Shown here piece by piece: positions 49,633 to 58,931 of a stretch of DNA of 64,000 nt. Made by a program: the position numbers and the translations under genes. Source of the DNA: an uncultured Acidimicrobiia bacterium (GTDB lineage Bacteria; Actinomycetota; Acidimicrobiia; Spongiisociales; UBA5794); NCBI GenBank assembly GCA_963812375.1, contig CAWEUW010000007.1, forward strand, positions 225,856-289,855. The letters are read 5' to 3'. Each line of letters begins with the position of its first letter. Position 1 is the stretch's first letter. The notes under the pieces are model-generated. The model made no database searches and was not told where the DNA came from. It saw nothing but the letters and a program-made list of their open reading frames with translations.

Positions 49633-50331
49633 CAGGCGGTTCGGAGCCGGGCGAGGCCGTCGAGGATGAGATCGAGCCCGAACTCGAACTCGGTCTGGTC
49701 GTCACACCAGCCCAGCGTCGAGTCGGGGTCGTCGTGACTGACCGTCATCGTCATCTCTACGAGGTGAGGGATCTGGGGCGCCATCTCCTCGAACAGCGGC
49801 CGTGTTCTCCTCCTCGGCGCCGGGCTCGTCGGGCTCGAACAGCTCCTGGGAGAAGCCGATGGCCCGGCTCCCCAAGGCGTGCAGGGCGTGGTGGGTCAGG
49901 TCGTAGGAGAAGCCCCCCTCACGGAAGAGACCGACCAGCGAGTCGAAGTAGCGCAGCACGGGCGGGTTCATCGGGGTGTGACGCCCGATGATCCCGGGCA
50001 TCCACTTGTGAAGGAGCAGCACCCGGCGGGCCGCCAGGATCCTGGCTCGCATCGCACCGACCCAGTCCTCGGTCGCCGACGGGCCGTCGACGGCGTCGAC
50101 AGCCTGGTTGATCTCGTCGATCACCATCTCGACGACACCGTCGAGGATGGCGTCCTTGTTGGCGACGTGGTAGTACAGCGACATCGCCTCGACGTCCAGC
50201 GCTTCGGCGAGCCGGCGCATGGTGAGCGCCTCGATGCCGCCTTCGTCGGCAAGGGCGACGGCCGCCGCCAGCACCCGCCGTCTGCTCAGCGGGATCCTGG
50301 GCGCCGCCCGGGGATCGGTCTGCGTGGCCAT
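49633..50331 (-). CDS. TetR/AcrR-family transcriptional regulator (upstream of mmpL); frameshift ~49815 in C-terminal third
   Basis: MATQTDPRAAPRIPLSRRRVLAAAVALADEGGIEALTMRRLAEALDVEAMSLYYHVANKDAILDGVVEMV.... The C-terminus ...LFEEMAPQIPHLVEMTMTVSHDDPDSTLGWCDDQTEFEFGLDLILDGLARLRTA* is in frame +1. Confidence 0.75.
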
Positions 50332-50357
50332 CGGTCCACCTCTCCGCCGAATCCTAA

Positions 50358-50370
50358 CGTACGCGGTAAG
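50358..50370. promoter_or_regulatory. fourth copy of CGTACGNCGTAAG motif, ~27 bp upstream of tetR start (autoregulation site candidate)
   Basis: cgtacgcggtaag at 50358-50370. Confidence 0.45.
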
Positions 50371-50407
50371 GCTCCACGGGTCTGTTCGTGTCCCGGGCCC
50401 GGCCTTC

Positions 50408-50761
50408 TCAGCTCAGGGCGCGGCCGGCTTCGCTACGCAGGCGGTCGATGTCGGTGCCGGTCTCCTCACCGAGGATGCGGCGCACCGCCGGGGATGCATG
50501 CTCGAGCACGTCCGCCATCTCCCCGAGGACGGCCCGCTGCGCCTTGGTGCGGGCCGCCTCATCCGGCGGGGTCACCAGGTCGTCGACGATCGAGTCCTCG
50601 GCGCGGGATGCCACCAAGGGGTCGGGCAACCCCCGCATCCACACCAGGGTGCGCCGTCCGGGACCCCGGCCCTCGAGGATGGGCTCGACGGCGACGACAT
50701 CGTCCGACCGGACGTACTTCCCGTATCCGAGCGCCACGAGCTGTCCCGACTGGATCCGCAT
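50408..50761 (-). CDS. small conserved hypothetical protein, possibly DUF370/RemA-like
   Basis: MRIQSGQLVALGYGKYVRSDDVVAVEPILEGRGPGRRTLVWMRGLPDPLVASRAEDSIVDDLV.... The N-terminal 30 aa loosely resemble the RemA/DUF370 core (INIGFGN.V.A.R...IV.P). Weak call. Confidence 0.3.
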   Translation of the reverse strand: MRIQSGQLVALGYGKYVRSDDVVAVEPILEGRGPGRRTLVWMRGLPDPLVASRAEDSIVDDLVTPPDEAARTKAQRAVLGEMADVLEHASPAVRRILGEETGTDIDRLRSEAGRALS

Positions 50762-50838
50762 CCACCTGCCTCCGGAGCGGTGTCGGCCTGACGCTACCCG
50801 GGTCGTGGAAGCGTGGCCACAGCTGGCACACTGGCCGG

Positions 50839-51216
50839 GTGCCCCTACCCCGACGCCTGGCGGAACTCAACCGGACCGTCACCAACCGGATCCTCGGGCC
50901 GATGGCGGAGTACCTCCCGTGGTTCGGGTTGGTCCACCATCGCGGCCGCCGCAGCGGGACCGCCTACACCACGCCGGTGAACGTGTTCGTCGAAGGCGAC
51001 CGGTTCGTCATCGCCCTCACCTACGGCGCCGACACCGACTGGTTGCGCAACATCACCGCCGCCGGCGGCTGCTGGCTGGGCCATCGCGGTCGCCTGGTCC
51101 GCCTCACCGACCCGCAGCGGATGGCCACCGACGCCGGGATGGCGGCGATGCCGGCACCGGTCCGGGTCATCCTCCAAGCCCTCGGGGTGACCGAGTTCGT
51201 CGAGCTCCGGCGCTGA
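50839..51216 (+). CDS. deazaflavin (F420H2)-dependent nitroreductase family protein (DUF385/PNPOx-like)
   Basis: GTG start. VPLPRRLAELNRTVTNRILGPMAEYLPWFGLVHHRGRRSGTAYTTPVNVFVEGDRFVIALTYGADTDWLRNITAAGGCWLGHRGR... intact 125 aa. Confidence 0.7.
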   Translation: MPLPRRLAELNRTVTNRILGPMAEYLPWFGLVHHRGRRSGTAYTTPVNVFVEGDRFVIALTYGADTDWLRNITAAGGCWLGHRGRLVRLTDPQRMATDAGMAAMPAPVRVILQALGVTEFVELRR

Positions 51217-51385
51217 CTGTGGGAGAGCACGGGCACCGACCACCCCGACGGGTGGTACCATTGCCGTAGCTGCTCTCGGCGGCGACTCACTCTCCCCTGT
51301 TCACGGACCGGACGACAGCAGAGTCGGTACCGGATCAACTGCACCAGAGGAGCACGAAGCTCTTCGTTCTCAGAGGCGAGTCGCC

Positions 51386-51637
51386 ATGAACATCTACGTA
51401 GGCAACCTTCCCTTCGACGCGACCGATGCGGAGCTCCGCACGCTGTTCGCCGAGTATGGGACGGTCACCTCGGCTTCGGTCATCACCGACCGTGAGACCG
51501 GCCGCTCGCGGGGCTTCGGCTTCGTGGAGCTGGCCGACGAGACCGGCGCCGGCAAGGCCATCGGCAAGCTCGACGGCCACGACTGGAACGGTCGCCGGCT
51601 CACCGTCAACCAGGCGAAGCCACGCTCGGTCAGGTAA
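51386..51637 (+). CDS. RNA-binding protein with RRM domain
   Basis: MNIYVGNLPFDATDAELRTLFAEYGTVTSASVITDRETGRSRGFGFVELADETGAGKAIGKLDGHDWNGRRLTVNQAKPR. RNP-2 (IYVGNL) and RNP-1 (RGFGFVEL) motifs. Intact. Confidence 0.8.
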   Translation: MNIYVGNLPFDATDAELRTLFAEYGTVTSASVITDRETGRSRGFGFVELADETGAGKAIGKLDGHDWNGRRLTVNQAKPRSVR

Positions 51638-51801
51638 CCACCTGACCGCAGGACATCGAAGCGGCGTCGCTCGACCGATGGGTCGGCGGCGCCGCTTCCA
51701 TTTGGTGCGGTGACCGCCCGAGCACGGCACGCTTCGGGAATCCCCGGCACCGCTCGGGGTCGACTGCCTATCCTCGGCCGCAGTCGAGAGAGGGGTTCGC
51801 C

Positions 51802-52244
51802 CATGCGGAGAGCAACTTCCATCGCCATCGATCGTCATCGGCATCATCCTGGTCGTGGGAGGCATCGTCACCTGGGTCGTCGTGACCCAGACGCTCGCCG
51901 ACCAGAACATCGTCGTCTCCGACGACGCCGACTGCCTCGCCGGCGACGAGGTGGACGGGCCGTTCAGCGCCTACTGCCAGGCGCAGGTCATCGACAAGCA
52001 CGCCCTCGAGGCCACCGGCGGGCTGCGCTACGCCGAGCTCGATCGGGAGGATCCTCTGCGCGAAACGGCGATGAACGCCTCGTTCCTCCAGGCCTCGCTG
52101 TTCACCTCGGTTGTCGCCTTCGGCGTCGCCGGAATGGCGGTGCTCGTCGGCGTGCTGTTCGTCATGATCGGGCTGGGCATCCGTGACGTCGCCGAACGCG
52201 TTCCCGAGCCGATGCCTGCGCCGGCCGACACCGACGCCGTGTGA
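51802..52244 (+). CDS. conserved actinobacterial membrane protein (two TM helices flanking a soluble loop); frameshift ~51830
   Basis: SD gagagagggg + ATG 51802 MRRATSIAI then (+1) IVIGIILVVGGIVTWVVVTQTLADQNIVVSDDADCLAGDEVDGPFSAYCQAQVIDKHALEATGGLRYAEL...SLFTSVVAFGVAGMAVLVGVLFVMIGLGIR.... Confidence 0.5.
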
Positions 52245-52268
52245 TCTCCGCCGGACAGTCGGGGCGGA

Positions 52269-52826
52269 TCAGCCCGCCGGGTTGCCCACGCCGGCAGGGC
52301 TGAGGTAGCCGTGCTCGACGATCCGCTGACCCATCTCCTCGTACAGCTCGGGATCGGTCGGCGTCCACGCAGCCAACCCGTCGACGTACCGGTTGTACAT
52401 GCAGAAGGCGGCGGCGATGAGCACCGTGTCGTGGATCTCGACGTCGGTGGCGCCCTCGGCGCGGGCGGCGGCGATGTCCGCCTCGTTGACCGTGCGCCCG
52501 TCGGCGCGCACCTTGGCGGCGATGGCCAGCAGGGCGCGCATCTTGGCGCCGATCTCGGCGAGGTCCGGGTCGGCCTTCACCTGGTCGACCAGAGACATCC
52601 CCCCTTCGAGTTGCAGGGCGGCGAACGTGCTGTGTGACGTCTGGCAGAACTCGCACTCGTTGAGGTTTGACACGTAGGCGGCGATCAGCTCGCGCTCGCC
52701 CCGGCTGAGGGTGTTGTCACCTCGCAGCAGCACCTCGGCCAGCGCCGACATCGGTTCGGCGGTCTCCGGCCGGAACATGAAGGCACTGCGGATGCCCGGT
52801 ACTCCGTCGGGAAGGCTGATGTGTGG
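52269..52826 (-). CDS. carboxymuconolactone decarboxylase / AhpD-like peroxidase-related family protein
   Basis: Probable TTG 52826. ...GVPGIRSAFMFRPETAEPMSALAEVLLRGDNTLSRGERELIAAYVSNLNECEFCQTSHSTFAALQLEGG.... CxxC-H AhpD-type motif (CEFCQTSH). It shares a reading frame with the upstream methyltransferase ORF. Confidence 0.7.
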   Translation of the reverse strand, partial: PHISLPDGVPGIRSAFMFRPETAEPMSALAEVLLRGDNTLSRGERELIAAYVSNLNECEFCQTSHSTFAALQLEGGMSLVDQVKADPDLAEIGAKMRALLAIAAKVRADGRTVNEADIAAARAEGATDVEIHDTVLIAAAFCMYNRYVDGLAAWTPTDPELYEEMGQRIVEHGYLSPAGVGNPAG

Positions 52827-52879
52827 CAATGGGTCTCCTCGATCGTCGGGGCGCCATCGTATCCGGGTGTCAGACCGGG

Positions 52880-53644
52880 TCGCTCCCGGGGGCGGCGCCC
52901 CGCGCGCCGCCCACGCCTTGGCGGTGAGTGTGAACGGCCCCGACGGCAGGTGGGCGGCGCACCGGTCGCGCAACAACCGCCGTCGGTCGGCATCGAGCCC
53001 GGCGACGTACCTGCCGGCAGGTCCGACGCCGAGGGTGAACGGCTCCCACCATGCCGCGAAGCCGTCGAACGGCACCGACACCTCGAGGAGGTCGTCTTCG
53101 ATCCCCATCAGCCCTGCCGATCGGAACAGGGCGGGCAGGGATCCCCGGCGGGCGCCGGGTAGGTCGGCTTCGTCGACCGCCGACCGGTCGATCCCCCGGA
53201 CGGCGTCCCAGAAGGCGGAGAGAGGACCGTCACTCCCGGCGTGGTCCCAGACGCAGGCGGCGACCACGCCGCCCGGCCGCGTCACCCTGGCCATCTCCCG
53301 GAGCCCGGCTACGGGTCGGGCATGAAGTGCACCACCAGTTGGGCGAGGGTGCGATCGAACTCGCCGTCGTCGAACGGCAGGGCGGCGGCGGTGGCGATGC
53401 GGACGTCCACGCCCGGGTGGCGCCGGTCGGCGGCGGCGGCGAAGGACTCCGACGGGTCGACGGCGGCGACGTTCTCCGCTCCGACGAGATCGACGAGCAC
53501 CGAGGTCAGGGCACCGGGGCCGCTGCCGACGTCGAGCAGCCGCTCCCCGGCGGTGACACCGGCGAACTCGGCGAACGTCGGGCCGAGCGGCTGTGAGAAG
53601 CGGCCCATGAACCGGTCGTAGGCGTCGGCGGGGACGTCGAAGCT
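52880..53644 (-). CDS. class I SAM-dependent methyltransferase; frameshift/stop at ~53300
   Basis: MSFDVPADAYDRFMGRFSQPLGPTFAEFAGVTAGERLLDVGSGPGALTSVLVDLVGAENVAAVDPSESF...LAQLVVHFMPDP* then ...MARVTRPGGVVAACVWDHAGSDGPLSAFWDAV... continues in the 52269..53294 ORF. Confidence 0.55.
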
Positions 53645-53745
53645 CATCCGGCCGATCGTAACGGCCCCCACCAATCCGCTCAGGCCTCAGCCGACACCCG
53701 CTGCACAGAATCCGATCGGATCTTCTGGAAAGTTCTCCTAGACAT

Positions 53746-53774
53746 GCTATGTAGTATGTGGCATACTACATAGC
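53746..53774. promoter_or_regulatory. perfect AT-rich 13-3-13 palindrome GCTATGTAGTATG tgg CATACTACATAGC, 21 bp upstream of the SARP regulator start, in divergent intergenic region
   Basis: Exact inverted repeat within a ~70-bp AT-rich stretch (tcttctggaaagttctcctagacatgctatgtagtatgtggcatactacatagcagagaggg) in a 70% GC background. Confidence 0.5.
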
Positions 53775-53794
53775 AGAGAGGGAGAGAGAGCCTT

Positions 53795-54547
53795 ATGACC
53801 ACGCTCGCGGAACCGGTCACCACCGTCTCCACCGAAGCCTCGCCGGGGCCCTGGATCGGGCTCCTCAACGGATTCGATCTCCGGATCGACGGGCACCCGG
53901 TCGCTCTCCCACTGAACGCCCAGCGACTGCTCGCCTTCCTGGCCCTGCACCGGCGTCTCCTGCTGCGCACCCACGTCGCCGGCAACCTGTGGGCGGACAC
54001 GCCCGATTGCAAGGCCAGCGCCAGCCTGCGGTCGGCGGTGTGGCGAATCGAGCGCCTCGGGCACCGCCTGCTCGAGGCCACCCGCACCCATCTCCAGCTC
54101 TCGCCGAGCGTCGGTGTCGACATCGCCGAAGCGGCGCACGTCGCCCGGTTCCTCACCGGCCCCCTCGAGCGGACCGCCGAGCTGCCGCCGAACCTGCACC
54201 TCGCCTTCTCGGCCGGCGACCTACTCCCCGACTGGTACGACGAGGCCGACTGGCTGCTCATGGAACGCACCCGCTTCCATCAGTTGCGGCTCCACGCCCT
54301 CGAGCACCTCTGCGAGCTGCTCATCGCCCACCGCCGGATCGTCGAGGCGGTCGACGCCGGGCTCGCCGCCGTCACCGCCGACCCACTCCGGGAGAGCGCC
54401 CACCGCGCCGTCATCTCCGCCTACCTGGCCGAGGGCAACACCGTCGAGGCGATCCGCCAGTACGACACGTTCCGCCGCCTCCTCGCCGAGGAGATGGGGA
54501 CGGTCCCCACCCAGCACATGGAGAACCTCATGGCCGGTGCCTGGTGA
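53795..54547 (+). CDS. SARP-family transcriptional regulator (OmpR-type winged-helix DNA-binding domain + BTAD)
   Basis: MTTLAEPVTTVSTEASPGPWIGLLNGFDLRIDGHPVALPLNAQRLLAFLALHRRLLLRTHVAGNLWADTPDCKASASLRSAVWRIERLGHRLLEATRTHLQLSPSVGVDIAEAAHVARFL...AISAYLAEGNTVEAIRQYDTFRRLLAEEMGTVPTQHMENLMAGAW*. Intact. Confidence 0.75.
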   Translation: MTTLAEPVTTVSTEASPGPWIGLLNGFDLRIDGHPVALPLNAQRLLAFLALHRRLLLRTHVAGNLWADTPDCKASASLRSAVWRIERLGHRLLEATRTHLQLSPSVGVDIAEAAHVARFLTGPLERTAELPPNLHLAFSAGDLLPDWYDEADWLLMERTRFHQLRLHALEHLCELLIAHRRIVEAVDAGLAAVTADPLRESAHRAVISAYLAEGNTVEAIRQYDTFRRLLAEEMGTVPTQHMENLMAGAW

Positions 54548-54555
54548 CGGTCCCA

Positions 54556-54782
54556 TGACGACGACCCGTTACCGTCCGACCATGGCCACCGCAGGTCACC
54601 TCGGGATGCTCATCATCCGGGTGTGGAGGGAGGACACCGGCGACCCTGATGCGCTGCGAGCGCGCCTGACCGAGAGCATCGACATCGAATCCGGCGAGCG
54701 GACCATCGCCACCACCGCCACCGTCGAGGGCATCTGCAGCGAGGTCCGCGAGTGGCTCGACCGATTCCTGCGGGTGCGCTGA
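54556..54782 (+). CDS. small hypothetical protein immediately downstream of, and probably co-transcribed with, the SARP gene
   Basis: ATG 9 bp after the SARP stop. MTTTRYRPTMATAGHLGMLIIRVWREDTGDPDALRARLTESIDIESGERTIATTATVEGICSEVREWLDRFLRVR*. Confidence 0.45.
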
Positions 54783-54819
54783 CGTCGCTTCGGCCCGGCC
54801 GGGTGTCGTCGGGGTGCCG

Positions 54820-55074
54820 TTACTTGGGCGGCAGGCTCTCCGCGTAGGCGACACCCTGGTCGATCCAGGCCGCCAACGCGGCGTCGTCGGCGAACCCGTC
54901 GGGAGAGACCACCACCCATCCCCGCATCGGGCGCTCCCCCATGTCGAAGATGCGGGCCCCGGGCCGGGACACCGCCTCGTCGTGGGCGTCCTTGCCGACA
55001 CGGACCATGAGCGAGTCACCGCTGACCCCGACCGCCATGTTGCCGTCGACCAGGAAGGCGATGCCGCCGAACAT
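54820..55074 (-). CDS. TfoX/Sxy N-terminal-domain protein
   Basis: MFGGIAFLVDGNMAVGVSGDSLMVRVGKDAHDEAVSRPGARIFDMGERPMRGWVVVSPDGFADDAALAAWIDQGVAYAESLPPK* matches the TfoX_N domain. Confidence 0.7.
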   Translation of the reverse strand: MFGGIAFLVDGNMAVGVSGDSLMVRVGKDAHDEAVSRPGARIFDMGERPMRGWVVVSPDGFADDAALAAWIDQGVAYAESLPPK

Positions 55075-55199
55075 CTCCTTCTCGGACAGCCCGCGGCGCG
55101 TCCCGAGGTGGGCGCGAACGTCGTCGGCGAGACCCTGCGTCGTACGCCACGACCCCGATGCTACGCCGGGGCGTGGCGCCGTCGCCCGACCGCCTCATC

Positions 55200-56160
55200 T
55201 CGCCGGCGGTACGCTTCGCCACCGTGCCCGCCGTTGCGCCGATCCGTTACGCCCGCTCCGGCGAGCTGGACATCGCCTACCAGGTGATGGGCGACGGCCC
55301 CATCGACATCGTGGGGATGATCGGCTGGGTCTCCCACCTCGAGGTCCTGGTGGAGCTCCCCGAGGCGGCTCATTTCATCGACCGGTTGGCGGCGATGGGT
55401 CGGCTGGTCGTCTTCGACAAGCGCGGCACCGGGTTGTCCGACCGGCCGACGAAGGCGGCCACCATACGAGCGAGATGGTCCCTGATGTGCTGGCGGTGAT
55501 GGACGCCGCCGGCATGGAGCGGGCCGCCCTGCTCGGGTGGGCGGACGCCGCCGGGTTGGCGATGACCGTCGCCGCCCGGCACCCGGAGCGGGTCAGCGCC
55601 CTGGTGCTCGGCGAGACCCTCGCCACCACCGTCGCCGACCAGACCCACCCGTGGGGCTTGGACCCGGTGACAATCCGGGCGGTGGCCGACGCCATCGAGG
55701 GCGGCATGTGGGGTCAGGCGATTGTGATCCCCTTCATCGCCCCGTCCTCCGCCGGTGGCACAACCTGCTCGAGACCCACCGCGTCGGAGTGCGGCGCCTG
55801 CTCACCCGCCACGGCGGCACCGAGGTGGACACCGCTGGCGATGGCTTCCTGATCACGTTCGACAGCCCCACCAGCGCCATCCGCTGTGCCCTCGCCATGT
55901 CGGCGGGCAGTCGGGCCGACGGGCTCCCGGTGCGGATCGGCATCCACACCGGCGAGGTGGTCCAGCAGGGCGCCGACGTCACCGGAATGGCGGTGCATAT
56001 CGGCGCCCGGGTTTCCGCCCTGGCGTCCGGTGACGAGGTCCTGGTGTCGGGAACGGTGCGCGACATGGTGATCGGGTCCGGATTCACCTTCACACCCAGA
56101 GGACGACACCAGCTCAAGGGTGTGCCGGGCGATTGGGAGTTGTTCTCGGTTGATCCCTGA
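55200..56160 (+). pseudogene. alpha/beta-hydrolase-domain + class III adenylate cyclase (CHD); at least 2 frameshifts
   Basis: ...IRYARSGELDIAYQVMGDGPIDIVGMIGWVSHLEVLVELPEAAHFIDRLAAMGRLVVFDKRGTGLSDRP | ...EMVPDVLAVMDAAGMERAALLGWADAAGLAMTVAARHPERVSALVLGE... | ...GVRRLLTRHGGTEVDTAGDGFLITFDSPTSAIRCALAMSAGSRADGLPVRIGIHTGEVVQQGADVTGMAVHIGARVSALASGDEVLVSGTVRDMV...*. Confidence 0.6.
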
Positions 56161-56180
56161 CCGTCGCCGCTACCGCCGGC

Positions 56181-56594
56181 TCAGTCCCAGACGGCGACGA
56201 TCACCGCCACGATCGAATAGGCGATCACCGCGTTCACCCCGTTGATCAGCCAGTAACTGGGCCCCTTCTGCTCGTAGAGCTGGCTCACCAGGGCGCCCAC
56301 CACACCGAAGCCGACCCCGAGGACCACACCGAGGGCGAGCCCGTCGCCGAAGCTGGTCGCCCCGATGCCCTCCGCCACCAGGGCGATGGCGACGGTCGTC
56401 ACCAGGTACCCGACGAACGTGGGTATCAAGACAGCGGCGAACGACCCGCCTTCTGCCGGGTCCACCTTGGCGGCGGCCTGCCACGCCTGGCTGATGGGCG
56501 GCACCGAGTACCAGATGGCGCTGAAGGCGAACCAGGCGACGGCGGCCACGACGACGGCGAGCCAGTTCAGGTCGCCGAGGAAGTCGAAGATCAT
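56181..56594 (-). CDS. DUF1761-like small integral membrane protein
   Basis: gaggag SD + ATG 56594. MIFDFLGDLNWLAVVVAAVAWFAFSAIWYSVPPISQAWQAAAKVD... four hydrophobic segments. Confidence 0.45.
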   Translation of the reverse strand: MIFDFLGDLNWLAVVVAAVAWFAFSAIWYSVPPISQAWQAAAKVDPAEGGSFAAVLIPTFVGYLVTTVAIALVAEGIGATSFGDGLALGVVLGVGFGVVGALVSQLYEQKGPSYWLINGVNAVIAYSIVAVIVAVWD

Positions 56595-56743
56595 CGAACT
56601 CCTCTCGCTGCTACCTGGAACGCTACCCGCCGCCTCGCCGTCGATCGGGCTTCTCCTGAGGGCGCCGGGCATCAACGACGCCGCGGCGGGTGGGGTTACG
56701 ATCCGCCGATGGTGCTCGGCGAGGTCTGTGACAGGGCACTTCG

Positions 56744-57897
56744 TTGACCGCCCCCGAGCCCGACCGTCCCGTCGCCGAGGTCGCCCGGCTCTTCGGTCGG
56801 ATGGGGCTCACCGCCTTCGGCGGGCCGGCGGCGCACATCTCCATGATGCACGACGAGGTCGTGACCAGGCGGCGATGGCTCGACGACCGGCACTTCCTCG
56901 ACCTCATCGGGGTCACCAATCTCATCCCGGGGCCCAACTCGACCGAGATGGCGATGCATGTCGGGCATCAGCGAGCCGGATGGCGGGGACTGCTCGCCGC
57001 CGGCGTCTCTTCATCGTGCCGGCGGCGCTGATCACCCTCGCCTTCGCCTGGGCGTACGTCGAGTACGGCAGCACCCCCGGCGGCGAGGCGGTCCTGTACG
57101 GCATGGAGCCGGTGGTCGTGGTGATCATCGCCCAGGCACTTGTCAGGCTCAGCCGCTCGGCGATACAGGGATGGCTCAGCGGCGCCATCGCCGTCGCCGC
57201 CGCCATCACCTATCTGTTCGGGGTCAACGAGTTGCTCATCCTGGCGGTCGGGGCGGCCCTGGTCCTCGTGCTCCGGACTTCGATCCGGTCCGACCTCCTG
57301 GCCTTGGCCGCGGTGGGTGCCGGCGGCTGGGCGGCAGCCGAGGTGGCCGGCACCGACCAGATCTCGCTCGGCCGGCTGTTCCTCGTGTTCCTCGAGGTGG
57401 GAGCCTTCCTCTACGGGGGCGGCTACGTGCTTCTCGCCTTCCTGCAGAACGACCTGGTCGACCAGCTGGGGGTCCTGACCCAAGACCAGTTGCTGGACGC
57501 CGTCGCCGTCGGCCAGCTGACCCCGGGACCGGTCTTCACCACGGCGACCTTCGTCGGCTACGTCCTCGCCGGCCTTCCCGGCGCCGTGGTGGCAACCGTC
57601 GGGATCTTCCTCCCCGCCTTCGTGTTCGTCGGGGCGGTGACCCCGATCGTCCGCCGTATCAGGGACCGGGTATGGACGGCGGCCCTGCTCGACGGGGTCA
57701 GCGCCGCCGCCCTGGGACTGATGGCCGGCGTGACCCTCCAGCTGAGCCGGGATGGCCTGGTCGACCCGCTCACCGTCGGGATCGCCGCCGTGGCCGCGCT
57801 GCTCCTGTGGCGTACCCGGGTCAACAGCGCGTGGCTGATCCTCGGGGGAGCGCTGGTCGGGCTCGCCGCCGAGGCCCTCGGTTCCGTCCCGACGTGA
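56744..57897 (+). CDS. chrA: chromate transporter (two fused CHR domains); frameshift ~57010
   Basis: TTG start. LTAPEPDRPVAEVARLFGRMGLTAFGGPAAHISMMHDEVVTRRRWLDDRHFLDLIGVTNLIPGPNSTEMAMHVG... then (+1) LFIVPAALITLAFAWAYVEYG...VGAFLYGGGYVLLAFLQNDLVDQLGVLTQDQLLDAVAVGQLTPGPVFTTATFVGYVLAGLPGA.... Confidence 0.75.
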
Positions 57898-58016
57898 GCC
57901 TGCGTTGGACGCACGCGGACAGGGGCGATCCGCCAATCAGGTAGTTGCACCAGGCATGGCCGGCGGGCAGCGGTTCCGGTAGCGTCTGGGTTCACCGAGC
58001 CTCGGGAGGGCACACC

Positions 58017-58430
58017 GTGAGCGTCATCGTCGGGTATCTACCGACCAACCGGGGCCAGGCCGCCGTCGATCTGGCGATACGTGAGGCGAAGCTGCGCAAC
58101 ACCGACCTCGTGGTGGTCCATTCGATCCACGGCGATCGGCGGCACGACGACGATGACGCCATCGCCAGCGACCGTGACCTCGCCGCACTCGACAAGCAAC
58201 TCGCCGCCGAAGGCATCGAGTACGCCGTGCACAACTACGTACGGGGGAACGAGCCTTGCGAGGACGTCGTTCAGGCTGCGAAGGACTTCGACGCCGAGCT
58301 GGTCGTCATCGGGCTGCGCAAGCGGACGGCGGCGGGGAAGTTCTTCCTCGGCTCGAACGCGGACGACATCATGATGAACTCTCCGTGTCCGGTGCTCGAC
58401 GGTCAGGGTCGAGCACGCCAAGGAGTGAGG
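58017..58430 (+). CDS. universal stress protein (UspA family); frameshift ~58395 at C-terminus
   Basis: GTG. VSVIVGYLPTNRGQAAVDLAIREAKLRNTDLVVVHSIHGD...AELVVIGLRKRTAAGKFFLGSNADDIMMNSPCPVL then (+1) TVRVEHAKE*. Confidence 0.65.
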
Positions 58431-58465
58431 GCCGGTCTCCGGTCCAGACGACCCGGCGGCGCCGG

Positions 58466-58786
58466 TCACGCCCCCGGAGGCCGGAAGGCGACCTCGGTCG
58501 AGCCGATCCTGTCCATCTCCTCCGGGGTGATGAGGACGGTCGTCTTCATGGTCCCGGCGCCGCTGGCCGACACCGAAGTGGACACGGCCCCGGCGGCCAC
58601 GTTGTCGGGTAGGTCGGCGACGACGATGACATCCGTGCCACCGAAGGCGAAGTAGAAGGCCTCCACGGTCCCTCCGGCTCCGGTGACGGTGGCCTCGATG
58701 GCCGCTCGCCGCCCGGTTCCCCCCTCCTTGCGCAGTCCGCTGATCCCCTGCTGGGAGAGGGCGCCCTGGAACAGGTACTTCGGCAC
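58466..58786 (-). CDS. GYD-domain protein
   Basis: GTG. VPKYLFQGALSQQGISGLRKEGGTGRRAAIEATVTGAGGTVEAFYFAFGGTDVIVVADLPDNVAAGAVSTSVSASGAGTMKTTVLITPEEMDRIGSTEVAFRPPGA*. Confidence 0.65.
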   Translation of the reverse strand: MPKYLFQGALSQQGISGLRKEGGTGRRAAIEATVTGAGGTVEAFYFAFGGTDVIVVADLPDNVAAGAVSTSVSASGAGTMKTTVLITPEEMDRIGSTEVAFRPPGA

Positions 58787-58931
58787 GTGGAGTCCTTCGT
58801 TCGGGTGGTCGATGGTAATCAGCGGGATCTGCGCCCGACCAGATGATGGGAAGGTGCCTGGCAAACGTCCATCGGGTCGCTCCTACCGTCCCTTCCGCTG
58901 ACCGTGCCGGCGGTCCTCGGCGGGGGTGCGG

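Noticed and set aside
49879-50838. Upstream part of the 445-aa + ORF
   Set aside because: Antisense to tetR and the DUF370-like gene. The genuine gene is the nitroreductase from GTG 50839.
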